NCBI GenBank assembly: GCA_039545335.1
Contig: BCIN01000009.1
Coordinates: forward strand, 186,001-250,000
Origin: Kondoa subrosea
Lineage: Eukaryota
Length of the DNA stretch: 64,000 nt
Reading direction: 5' to 3'
Both the position numbers and the translations under genes were made by a program. Below the pieces are notes generated by a model. That model worked only from the letters and a program-made list of their open reading frames with translations. It was not told the DNA's origin and did not search any database. Shown piece after piece: positions 35,404 through 47,662 of this stretch. The first letter of the stretch is position 1, and the number at the start of each line of letters is the position of its first letter.

Positions 35404-38400
35404 ATGACCGAAGCGAGCGCTACCGACTCTGCTTTCATCAAATTACGCTTGACTGCTATTGACACCGTCCAGCTCACTCCAGCTAAATATCCTGATTGGT
35501 CAGAAGACAGCAATGTTCCTTATGTCTTTCGACGTTCTCCTTTCTTACCTTCCAATATCGAGCTCAACAGAGTCCCAGAAATCAGAATCTGGGGTGCGAC
35601 TGAGCAAGGCCAAAGGTGCTGCCTTCATGTTCATGGAGCCTTGCCTTATATGTATGTCGACTACAAGGGCAGCTTGAACCCAGAAGAGGGTGAGTTGCAG
35701 CAAATTTGAGCTACTGTAGCCCTTATGCCTCTCTCATAGTGCAAGACTACATTCGACGACTTGCTCGTTCGTTGAACAATGCAATGTTTCAGTCTCTCAG
35801 AGCTAGAAGTCGGGTTGATTATGACCCAAAGAAAGATCAATACGTCGGCTTCATTTCCTTGGTTAAAGGCATTCCCTTCTATGGATTTCATGTTGGCTAT
35901 CGTTACTTCCTCAAAATCTACGCTCTACAACCGCAGTACTCTCGTAGACTGTTTGATATTCTCAAAGGTCCAAACATCTTACCTCGCTATAAGCAACTCT
36001 TTGATTCGGAATCATCCAAGTCCATGGTGCATCAAGTGTATGAAGCTCACATTCCTTTTCTTCTGCAATTCATGCTCGACTTCAATCTATATGGATGCGG
36101 GTGGATCGAACTGAAGAAATGCATGTTCCGAGGAGAACTGCCAGGTCTGTCTTGTCCACTTTCGACTTTTACCCTCAGCTCATCCTCAAGATGTAGACGT
36201 AGATGCAGAACCAATCAGCTCGGATGACTCAAGCAAGTCCAATCCACCACCGCGGGTCTATGCAGCTAGCAACATTCCACCTTCAATGATTTTTGCGCAT
36301 GAAAAACCACATCGAGTTTCACCTTACAGCACTCTAGAATTCGATTGTCATGTATCGGACATTATCAATCGACAATATCAACCTCCTCGAAACCTTCATC
36401 AAGATTTTACTGAATTCTTGCACCACCCTATTCCAGATGATGCGAAATTGGTTCAAAGTGTTAAAGGTGTTTGGGATGATGAGCGAGCTCGAAGACAAGC
36501 TAGAGGTGAAGATGGACCTAGTGAAATTGGCGATGAAGCATCAGCATCAGGTGAAAGGAGATATGCAAGAGGCGAAGCACCAGAATGGGCTGATTCGACT
36601 AAATGGAGAACGATTCTAGAGAAATTGCTCGAAGAAGATAAGAAGAAGTACTTGGCTTCTCATGCTGGACATTGGCCACCTAAATTTGAAACTTTTGTGA
36701 AACCACCTGAAATGGATGAATGGATTCCTACTACTTTCGAGAGCGTTGAATCTACTTTCTATGAAACTTGGAAGAAGGAAGAACGTGCTAGTAATCCTTA
36801 TGGTATTTGGGCTGCAAAAGGAATTGGTATCAGCGTTGCGCCAACGGCTGGTTCGAGAGCTGCGACTGAAGAACCAGCCTTGGATCCCAATTGGTTAGCA
36901 GAGCTTCGAAATCGTCAAATCTCAGTGGATCCGGCTGATGCTACAATGGGCAACGATTTCAACTCCGACGAGGAAGATCGTATGCCGCAGCAGCGAGCTG
37001 CTACCACTCATCAGAGGCAACGTCGTGATTCGACTGACGATGAAGCAGATGAGTATAACGAGGTAGAAGACTTCGAGGCGATGGCGTTCAAGCTGGAGAA
37101 GATTAATGCTCGCAAAGATGATAGGGAAGGTACAGCTACACCTCAAAGAAACGGTGCTGCAAATGGAAGATCTGCTCGTCTCTCGTCACCTTCAACCAGT
37201 CCTGAGATGACTCGTATCATGGATTTGCCTGCTATAATGCCTGCCGCCGACGAATTGGATCAAATGCCAGCTCCAAGCGCTAACATAACCGAAGACATCA
37301 CCGAGCAGCCAGACGGTGAACCAGATGAGGGAAAGGAAGCTCTGGTCATTACAGAACACGATGAATTGCTGGAAGGTATCAATTTTTCCAGCACCATCTT
37401 GAATACTTCATCGATTGCCAATCTTCCCGCCGATGTCTCACCTTCCAACTCAAATCGGCGGAACTTCTTCAGTCCGACAACATCTATCAGTAAAGGAGTC
37501 GACAACAAATCGAAGAGACCTTTAGCGGAGCAGGCACGAGGTTGGCTTGCACCGAAAGAAGGTCCCCTGACAAAACGATTCCGAGCTGTTGAGCCAGAAG
37601 TCGTCGTACGGGAAGAGACAGCTCCTTCGCTTGTCACTCCTGCACCCGATCGTCACAAGGCAACTGCTGGTCAGCTCGACTTTGACACCTTGGACGAAGA
37701 CTTTGAACAGCCCGAACGCGTACGAGGCGCGTCGGAATTTGAAGACTTGCATTCGTCGGATCTAGCTTATGACATGCCTTCTCCTACTGTCAAAGCCTCT
37801 TCTCCGACCCCTTGGCAACATGTCAAACTCGGTGCTGATTCAGACCTGCGGCCAAACAAGATTCGCCGAGTCATGTTTGATGACGAGACAACTAGTCGTA
37901 CTTTACCTGCCTCTTTTGTCTTACCTGCTCTTGACAACTTGGACGATTCATCTGTGCATATTGATCTTCCGCCACTAGTCGACTCCAACGAAAGCAAGCC
38001 AAATACAGAGACTGACACAGAGCCCGCCAATTCTGCCTCCTCCATCAAACTCAGTGGACATACCTCGTCACAAGAAAGCATTCGTTCCAATCGTATTTGG
38101 TACTTTGGTCGAGCACCGCCAAGCGTAGCTTATCTGGTAGATACTATTGAAGATAGACGCTTACCAAGAAAGCAATATCAAGATCCATTCTACAGCGTTC
38201 CGCGAGATGTGCCTCGTAAGGCTCGCGAGTATGCGGGAAGAACTTTTTCGATTCTAGGCCAAGGTCTGAGGTGGATGCAAGACTTTCCTCATTCTACCCC
38301 TGTATATACTCTCGTACGCTCATCGAATGCAAAGATCAGTTCAATCGAAGCCCGGCGATGGGAATACGCGAGACCTGCACCATCGAAAGCTGATCTTCTC

Positions 38401-41400
38401 GAGGAGCTACAAACCGAAGCAAAACTCATCGGTAGAAGCAAAGCTGTCGTATTGAAAAATGCTCCTATTGCTGCTGCCGGGCGTCACATCGCCGCTCGAT
38501 CTCAGGTCAGTTCGACATGTTTCATATATAAATCTAATATTGACTGTTTGCATTTTAGATCGAAGTTTCTTCTACCCAAGCTAATCCTTATGGCTTCAAA
38601 TACACCCAGATGAAGGCTGCTACAAAGGAAGAGACTGCTAAAGAACACATGACCGTCTTCTGCATCGAGCTGCAAGGTAAGAAGGTGACTTTGCTCTGTA
38701 CCAGTCATGTCTCTGAAGTATTTCACAGTCGGAAGTCGACCTGGAAAAGTTCCCGATCCTAAAGAAGACCCAATCCAAGCCCTCTTCTATTGCTTGCAGA
38801 CAGAGAACGAGGACATTCCCAAGACAGCTGGAGCGATGGCAGGCTGTCTGGTAGGTTGTATTATGGTGGACGACAATGAAGATAATCAGTCAAATCTCCG
38901 TCGTTTGGGCCTTTCTCGTTTCGCTGTGGAATATGTTCCCGACGAGCTGGAACTCATCAACACACTTGTCGATAAAGTCAGGGAATGGGATCCTGAGGTC
39001 TTGTCTGGCTACGAGATTCAGAATTCCTCTTGGGGCTATTTGCTTGAGCGTGCTCAAAACGAATACGGTTGGCTTCATTGCTGAATGTTGCGAAGCGCAA
39101 TACTTACTTGCAGTGCAGACTCACACCTGGTTAGCGAGCTCAGTCGAGTTAGTGAGCAATCTACAGGCCGTAACGAGAAGTCAGATCGTTGGAATTATAC
39201 CAAATCTTCCACCATTAAGATTACTGGCAGACATGTACTACCGATTTGGCGTCTTCTAAAGGGGGAAATCAATCTCACTTCTTACTCCTTCGAAAGTACT
39301 GTGTTTCATGTTTTGAGACGGAGGTATGCTAGCAGACGACTTGCTAGATAAGCCGCTCATCCGCGACTTAGGACTCCGCACTATCCGCCAGCTATTCTGA
39401 ACAAATGGATGGATGGGGGCACGGTCGCACAGAAAGCTTTTGTTTGCCGGTATTGGTTAGCTCGCGTTGAAATGGACGTTGAGCTGCTGGATGAGTCAGA
39501 GATCATTTCGCACACGACGTAAGCACCTCCTTGTGGCACATTGGACTCTCTGACCTTACTCACAGCGAATTTGCACGAATCTACGGTGTCGACTTTCAAT
39601 CTGTGCTAAACCGCGGTTCGCAATTCAAGGTCGAATCTGTCATGTTTCGTATTGCCAAGCCTGAAAGCTTCTTGCTTTTGTCGCCTACCCGCGAAGAGGT
39701 GAGCTCAATGTGGATACAATGACGCATCTCATAATGCTAGTCTAGGTTGCCCGCCAGAACGCGCTCGAAGCTTATCCGCTCATCCAGGAGCCGAAGTCCG
39801 CATTTTATAAAGCTCCTTTGGCAGTATTGGACTTTCAGTCACTATATCCCTCATGCATGATTGCGTATAATTACTGGTCGGTCTATCAAACTAGCTGAAG
39901 CAGTATGCTGATTCCGATTGCAGCTACTCGACATGCCTCGGCAGAGTGGGAACATTCAAGGGCACTCACAAATTTGGCGTCATCAACCTTGTATTGCCAG
40001 ATGGACTCTTGAGCCTGCTCAAAGATCAACTCATCAGTCAGTACTGTTGTCGGGCGTTCCCATTTTGCTGATTATCAGTAGTCTCACCAAACGGCTTCCT
40101 TTTCGTCAAGCATCAAGTTCGCCGAAGCTTGTTGGCCAAGATGTTATCAGAGTTGCTTGATACCCGGGTCATGGTCAAATCCAGCATGAAGCTGATCAAA
40201 TCAAACAAAGCTCTCACAAGGGTCTACAACGCTCGACAACTTGGACTGAAGCTCTTGGCTAACGTGACATATGGCTATACGAGCGCCACATTTTCGGGTC
40301 GCATGCCCTGCGCAGAGATAGCAGATGCTATTGTTCAAACAGGCAGAGAAACATTGGAAAAGGTATGGGGGTTATCTTCACATTGATTAGATTATCGCTT
40401 ATCGCAGCCCGCAGGCTAGGAATCTCATCGAAAGTCATTCCGATTGGCGAGCTCGTTGCGTTTATGGCGATACAGACAGTCTTTTTGTCTATTTACCTGG
40501 CAAACTCAAAACCGACGCTTTTCGAGTTAGTACAGATATGGTTGAAGCCGTAACTGCTTTGAGTCCTCGTCCCGTCAAGCTGAAGTTGGAAAAGGTAGTT
40601 TGATTGTTGTCTTCGCTTGCAAGCGCTGATGAAGCTATAGATCTATCTGCCATGCGTATTAGCCAGTAAAAAGAGATATGTTGGCTTCAAGTATGAAAGT
40701 CCGGCGGAAGTCGAGCCAGGATTTGATGCTAAGGGCATCGAGACCGTTCGAAGAGATGGATTCCCAGCTATGCAAAAGATGGTAGAAGCATGCATCAAGT
40801 ATAGCATCATCCTTGACTCTGACTCCTCGAGCTTACTGATCTTCGCCTCAGAATTTTCTTTCGCACGCAAGATTTATCTCAAGTCAAAGCTTACTGCGAA
40901 AGACAGTGGACCAACATTCTTCTCGGTCAAGTTTCGCCGCAAGACTTCATCTTTGCGAAGGAGGTGAAGCTTGGTAGCTACAGGTAATACATAAGATGCA
41001 ATACCGCAGTAGCTGATTTCGAAGAATAGCGAGAATGGTATTCCGCCTCCTGGTGCTGTTATCGCTGCTCGAAGGCAAGAACACGATGGTCGGGACGAGG
41101 TTCAGTATGGCGAACGTGTGCCTTATATCATTCCCGAGCCTGGCGATGGAGGAACAAGACTGGTCGACAGGGCATTAATGCCACAAGACTTCATCTTTGG
41201 AGAGTTAGTAGTGATTCTGTTCGGAAAATCTCTAGCTGAATAGACTCTTGTAGAAAGCGACTTCATGCTGGTTACTACATTGTCCATACCATCAAAGCGC
41301 TCAATCGTGTCTTCACTTTGGTCGGAGTCGATGTCGAAAACTGGTTCAAGGATATGCCAAAGATCAAGCGCATCGCAAAGAAGAAGGACAGTCTCTTTAC

Positions 41401-41876
41401 AACCCAATCTGATGCCAAAGAAAAGCCCAAGGGGAAACCAAAAGTTCAGGTCAAAACGATGGATGGGTTCTGGCATTCGAATCAATGCGTTTCCTGCAAA
41501 AGAGCACTGGATAAGGAGCATGGTGAGATTTTCTCCTGCTCTGAATTGGACAGAATGCTGAAAGATGCTGAAAGGTATTTGCAAGGATTGCGAAGCAAAT
41601 AGCCAAATGGCTGGCTATAATCTCCTCAGCAAATCTCATTTAGCAGTCAAGCGAGCTACAGATCTGCAGCGGGTTTGCGCATCTTGTGGTGGTCACGCAG
41701 TCCAACAGAAAACCGAATGCGATTCAGCAGAATGTCCAATCTTTTACGCTCGAGCTAGTGCTAAAACAGAAGTCGAAGACACTGAACAGAATCCTCTCGA
41801 AGTCGCAAAAATCTGGAAGAGATCTGGTATCTCTCGTGTAACAAAACCGGTCGTCAAAATAGAGGAGATTTTATAG
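35404..41876 (+). CDS. REV3: DNA polymerase zeta catalytic subunit
   Basis: IRIWGATEQGQRCCLHVHG, KGIPFYGFH, YEAHIPFLLQFMLDFNLYGC, LDFQSLYPS, KLLANVTYGY, YGDTDS, KGIETVRRD, C-terminal CysA/CysB. Confidence 0.96.
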
Positions 41877-41945
41877 ATTAGAGGTGTATGTTAAAATAGT
41901 TGTAATATCTAATGAAGGGGTTCTATTGTACAATCAATTTGGAGC

Positions 41946-43535
41946 CTAAATATGCTGCCTTCTTTGGCGTAAATGCTCAAAAGGTGCTGGATGCGAAAAG
42001 CTTGACAAGCTTGCCGTTGAAGAATGGCGCGAAAAGGAAGGTCGGTCAGGCAAAGGATATCGACTAGTAGAGCTTGCATCACTTCTGACGGATGACGCTT
42101 CTCGTACGTTTGCCTTGAATTGTGCTTCATTAAGAGCAGCTCGCAGTAAGTCGTCGGCATGTGCTGAATGTTGACGAGCTGCTAGATCTATGCCCTCTTC
42201 TTCTGAGAAGAGAGGAGTCGACTGACCATCCACAGGCGAGTCTGCATGTTTTGTCTTGCCCAATTTATGATCCGGTAATGGAATGATGCGTTTCTTCGGC
42301 CAAACGATTCGACTTCTAAGGAAAGCTCGTACTCGATCCATGATGAGCTGTTCGATTTTGGGTACATCTTGTAGTTTGGCTCGCGATCCTATCAATGACC
42401 TTGTTTCCAGTTGAAGATCAAAGTCCGAGTCGAGCGAGATTGAAAGAAAAGGAGGAACGCCAGATCTGCTGGTAGTAAGATCCATCATGACCTGAAGCAC
42501 ATTATCAGTGCTTAGACCGTAGATCAATCTGCCTCGTCTTACGGTCCCAGCAAATCTGACCAAAGTCAAACCTAAGCTAACTGGTAATACAGCGAATTGA
42601 GGCCTTGGAAAGTTGATTAGAACCTTGGTATCCACACCAAAGCTGATTCGATCTTCAAAATCGAAGTCGAGCTCGATTCGCTGACGAAAAGGTTGAGCTC
42701 ATCAATTAAGCTCCAGCAATAACAAACCTACGATCTTGTCTTCGACAGATTGGCTAGGCAACACGCGTGCTTTAGAAAAGATGGGATAGCCGCTACCTAT
42801 TTCCGCTTCTGTTACAGTAATGTAGTCCTGTTGATTTCAATGAGCCCGGAACTTAAACTAATCGTGAGCCCAACACTCACCAGATCTATGAAGCCCGGCT
42901 TTTCCGTTCTATCCTTGATCGGATTGAGTATTTGCTCTGCTAGACCTTTGAGACCTCCTTCATCTTGCTCGCTTAGTGTCAGAACCATAATTCGGTAGCC
43001 AGTCAAGATCTTTTTTTGTAAGGTCAGCTCAGGTCGAATGTGTAATAATATATCACGCTTACTTGAGCAATCAGAACATTAAGCCAATCTGTACTTTCTG
43101 CTGGATGACTGCTCATCTTGTAGTGCAAGTGTTCGAGAAGTGCTTGATCAGAAGCCGGCAGTCCAGCTTTGGCTGCCATTTGAGATTGAGACGAGGACAT
43201 TCGTCTGTGTCTTGCATTTCGGACTTTTGACGAACCCTACGAAGACATGATCACTACGAGAAACTTTCATTGCCAGTAAGCCCAAATTGCGCACCTTTTT
43301 CGGCACGCGAGAAGTCGAAGATTTCGGGTCTTCGAAGATTACGAAACGAATGAAAAGGAGGACTAGAAGAATACTGTGCACAACACGATATTGGACATTG
43401 GCACTCAGCGAGCGGGATAAGAGAAACCAACATAGATCCTTGACCAATAAGTAGTCCATGCGTGAAAGTGAGCCTAGAGCACTGCTGTTGCTCTGGACAT
43501 GCTGTTGTGCTGAGTACTACAGCAGGCGAGCTCAT
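41946..43535 (-). CDS. MMM1: ERMES component Mmm1 (SMP domain)
   Basis: FTHGLLIGQ, ESTDWLNVLIAQ, DTKVLINFPRPQFAVLPVSL, SLIGSRAKLQDVPKIEQLI. Confidence 0.93.
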
Positions 43536-43694
43536 TTCCTGGCTATATAAGCATTTCCATTTGCTGACGCTGTTTCTCTCAAACCGCGACATCTCATTTG
43601 GGATGGATACCCTTGGAGGACGAGCTGGAAGCCCTACATAGTCAGCGATTACAGATATCAGACAGCTCAATATACCCCAGGAGCTCAATATACC

Positions 43695-45435
43695 ATGGAC
43701 ATCTTATATCTCATAGACGAGGAGGATTGTGCCCAAGCTAGAGTCCGCTTCTTGCAAAAACCCCTACTTCAATTGCGTTTGTTTCTTCGCTCGAGGTGTA
43801 AGGCTCTGTTCAAACTCAGCAATAGCCATCCAAAAGCTACAGTTCACTGAGTCTACACAACCCGAAGTCACGAGGTCGTATATTCGCAGGACGATTTCCG
43901 TGTCAAGTGAAGAACCTGGCGAGATTAATGAAACGGGCGCAGGCGTTCGCGATCACCTGGAAGAGTTCGATGCAAGAAAGCGAAAGCAGAGTATGAGTCC
44001 GGCTGGGGCTCAAGTGCCACTGGACAGAAAAACGAAATGGCGAAGGGTCAATACCGGCACACAAGAAGATCGTACTCTACGTATTCTACGGCAGCAATGT
44101 GTAGCGCATTCCGAAGTGCCTTTGCTTTGGAATTGGAAGTACGTGAGGGAGCCGCGCCTAAGAATGATGCTTACGTCGATACAGATACCTTCTCGCTATT
44201 GTTGATTTTGCAGCGTCTTTCGACTTATCATCCACATGGCCTGTGCTTCCCAAATGGTTACTGAAGATCGAAAACTTTGCTGGATTGACCACCTACCCTT
44301 CGTTGCGGCCTCTTCAGCGTTCAGCAAAGTATAAGCAGGAGAAGCCCGACGCAGCATTGTCGGCTCTACAATTTCTTTATGACTGCAATCTGGAGGCAAC
44401 AGACTTACTGTCTTTCTATGATCAAGCTTCGCCTGATGAAAGAGATCTGTTGAGATCTTTCACAAAGGTGCGTCTAGCAATAAATTGCAACTATCTAGGC
44501 TGAACCAACCAAGGTGCCTGAGTTCAGAAGCAGTATATTGGGAACGAAAGGAGACGACGGTTTATGCTCGATTCTCCTGTGCCGCCTGTATGCAAAAATG
44601 GCACTGCCAGAGCGGAGCTCGATCATACCAACTGATGCTAGAGCGCTGGAATACGGTATTCGTCCTGCCAAATTGAGGATCGCTCGACAGCTGGCTGCCG
44701 ATCCTAGAAAGCCTGTAGATTACCTTGATACTGTCGCTCGACTCATCTCTCGTCATTCTTGCCAACGTGAATGGGACGTCAAGTGAGTAGTAGCAGCACA
44801 AAGTCACTGATGCCAGAGCTGATTGAAATTGTAGATTCTTCTTTGAAATCATAGACTTCGTCGAGTCTTTTCCCATTAAATTACCGTACAAGCTAGAGAA
44901 ATGGACGAAGGCTCTGCGCAATAGGCCTTCTTTATGGTTCGAAATTGCAAGAGCAAATTTACCTCCACTTCATCTTTTCCCAAAGCCGAAGAAACAGAAG
45001 TAGCCACACCTGTCGAAATAGCTGCACTGAATCATCTCTACGACTTCCATTCTGCGAAAATACAAGATCTTGCTGCCTTCAAAGAAGGAGCTCCCGATTA
45101 TCTGCTGAGGTTGTATCAGGATTTGTAGGTTCCTACATGCGTGGAAATGAACCCATACTGATCTTTCATATGGCAGGGTTGATGTGAGTCGAAGAGGAGT
45201 CCAACGACCAACGGAGTCTTAACAACTTTCCCCATCATTAAAGGTTGCCAAATTGCGCATGCTGGTAATGGTGACTTCAGGCGGTCTTTTGCTACGGCTC
45301 GACGATGCTCTTCGGCTATCTCCTCATGAAGCAAGCAGATCAGACCGTGACTTGGTCTCCCGCTTGGCAAGGGATCCGCGCTATCAACAGGAACACTTCA
45401 ATCGAGACAAGTCAAGAGACAGTCGGCGGAATTGA
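43695..45435 (+). pseudogene. Unknown duplicated-domain family, copy 2; 1-nt frameshift at ~44970
   Basis: MDILYLIDEEDCAQARVRFL..., WNWK|YLLAIVDFAASF, ARQLAADPRKP, FKEGAPDY, |VAKLR. The frame switches at cct cca ctt/ca tct ttt ccc, where copy 3 reads LPPLSSFP. Confidence 0.75.
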
Positions 45436-45623
45436 AGAACTGTAACTTCTTACTATGTAATATAATCTGTACTTCTTCAACGCATAGCATTCAACGTGTT
45501 CCTGCTGCTGTGTGGCATTCACCGAGCATTCCATAATCGCGCTCGAAAGCTCGCAAAAGCAAGTTAGACCCAGACTGCTATCATACCCTGCTTCACATAC
45601 TTGCAAAACTTGATGATACCCTA

Positions 45624-47387
45624 ATGAATATCTTCTTCTCACGTCCGAGTGAAGACTGCGCAGCTCAGCGAGCCAAATTCCTCGCTGAATCTTTGCAACA
45701 ATTCCGTCGGTCGATTACGTTGGAGATCTTATTTGCAGCGCTCAGGTGCATGTGTTCGATAGCGTACGACGAGCTCTCACTCTCTAGCCCTTCTCCTTTG
45801 CAATTATGTCTCGCTTCAGCGCAATCATACTATGAACGAGGCCTTACGACTTTCAACGACGAGGGTGTGCATGTTCAGCGAGCTGACATATATCAGCAAG
45901 AGCAGCAGCAATGTTTAGACCCAGCCAAGCGTAGACGTCTTGCGATTGCTGATGATCCGGAGCAGAAGAGCTCTCGCACCATAGGTCCACCCAAACGCTC
46001 AGTAGCTGAGCTACCTCCCCTGTGGAATTGAAATTGAGTTATTGGACCTTCTTTTGAGCAATCGCTCATGGATGAGCTGCAGGTACTTACTAGCCCTCGT
46101 GGACTTCGCTCAGTCTTTTCAGCTATCGTAAGCACGCTCAAATTTCCTTCTAGAATTCGTGTGCTAAAGCTAGGTTTTCTAGTTCAACGTGGCCTGCTCT
46201 ACCGTCTTGGCTTCTTGATGTGAAGTCCAAAACGCTTGCCGATCTGACCGAGTACCCATTTCTTCTTCCAACTCTCAGATCACGCCAAACTAAGCACTCA
46301 ATCGATGCTGCAGCTCTGAAGGTGCTTGAAATGCTCTATGATGCACGGAACCTTGAAGAAGGGCACTTAGCATCTTTTTATAAAAGGGCATCGCAAGAAG
46401 AGAAGACTCTTTTGCTTCATCTTATCGAGGTCAACGAAGCTCGCTTATGCTGACTTGCTCCAACTCATCAGACTATAGATATACAAATTACAAACTAGCA
46501 TTGCGGGAGAAGAGGGACAAGACGGACTATGCAAGACTCTCTACTCTCGACTTACCGGGGAGCGACACAAAGCTTCTTCGACAGCAAGAGCGATGGCGTA
46601 TGATTCCGGCTCACGAAAAGTTGCTCTTGCTCGAGAATCAGCTTCTCGACCTTCTAAGCCGCATGCCTATTTTCAATCTTCTGCCGAGCTGATCTCAAGC
46701 AAACGAATATCGATAGTATGGGATCCAAGGTGAATTGCGAAAGACGCGTGCACGTACAAAGGCTGAAATTGGTCCCGAAAGCGTCTACTTCCGTCTCATC
46801 GATTTTGTCGATTCTTTCGGCTTCAATTTCGAGTACACGCTAGATGAAGCAGCAAAATTACTACGGGATAGACCTCGCTATTGGTATGACATCGATCGCC
46901 GGAAACTTCCTCCTCTATCTTCTTTTCCCCTTGTCCCGGTCGACAAAATGGCTAAGCCTGCTGCGTTATCGGCTTTTGGCTTCCTCTACAGTGCTCATGA
47001 TCTAACTGTGCACGATTTGGTGCGATTTCGAAAAGGTGCTCCGGATTACTTGCAGGATTTGTTGAATGACTTGTGAGTAATGTCTTGCTCGCACTTGATG
47101 GTGTTTCTTAAATGATTATGACTGATCTCTATAGAGCCGCCGTAAGGTTTCTTACCTCCTTTCACATATCCTTGTGTTAAGCCATCGCGATTGTGCAGAT
47201 TGCGAAATTACGTATGATAGCAACAACACTAGCAGGAGGTTTGCTCGTGCGACTGGATGCAGCGCTGCACAAGAACCCAAACAAAGCCAGCAAAGCCGAT
47301 CAACAGCTGGTGTGCAAGTTGTCGAAGGATTCAGATTTCAGGTGGAATTATTTTTCGAAGGACAGGCAGAGAAAAGGCTCTATGTGA
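45624..47387 (+). pseudogene. Unknown duplicated-domain family, copy 3; TGA at 46029-46031 and altered splice donor
   Basis: MNIFFSRPSEDCAAQRAKFL..., LWN* where paralogs have WNWK, |YLLALVDFAQSF, FRKGAPDY, |IAKLR. Confidence 0.72.
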
Positions 47388-47662
47388 GATATGAACTAAT
47401 TCGAGAATCAGACAGACGGATAAATCATACCTGCTATCGCTTATCTGATATTGAATGCCGGACGCAGAGTGCTTTCAAGAGATATGACAGCCGAGATTGC
47501 AGTACTTATCGCGTCCGATTTTACATTAAGAGCCAGTCACCTAGCAATCGTGTATATGTACCTCTGTCGCAATTTCGGAAGAACCTGGAACCTGCATTGT
47601 TTTCATTGCAAGGTTATCCCGCTCCACCAGTGCTCTCGCTTTCTGCTGGTCCTGCAGGCATC

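Noticed and set aside
14172..46031. Genome-wide TGA=Trp recoding
   Set aside because: Conserved genes here use TGG for Trp, and some end at TGA (Hikeshi-like at 17861, CSN3 at 56864).
12943..47387. The three-copy family as a transposon or RIP-mutated repeat
   Set aside because: No terminal repeats, target-site duplications or transposase/RT motifs were seen. The copies are multi-intron and too diverged for RIP pairing, and the G>A changes are not in a TCG/CpG context.
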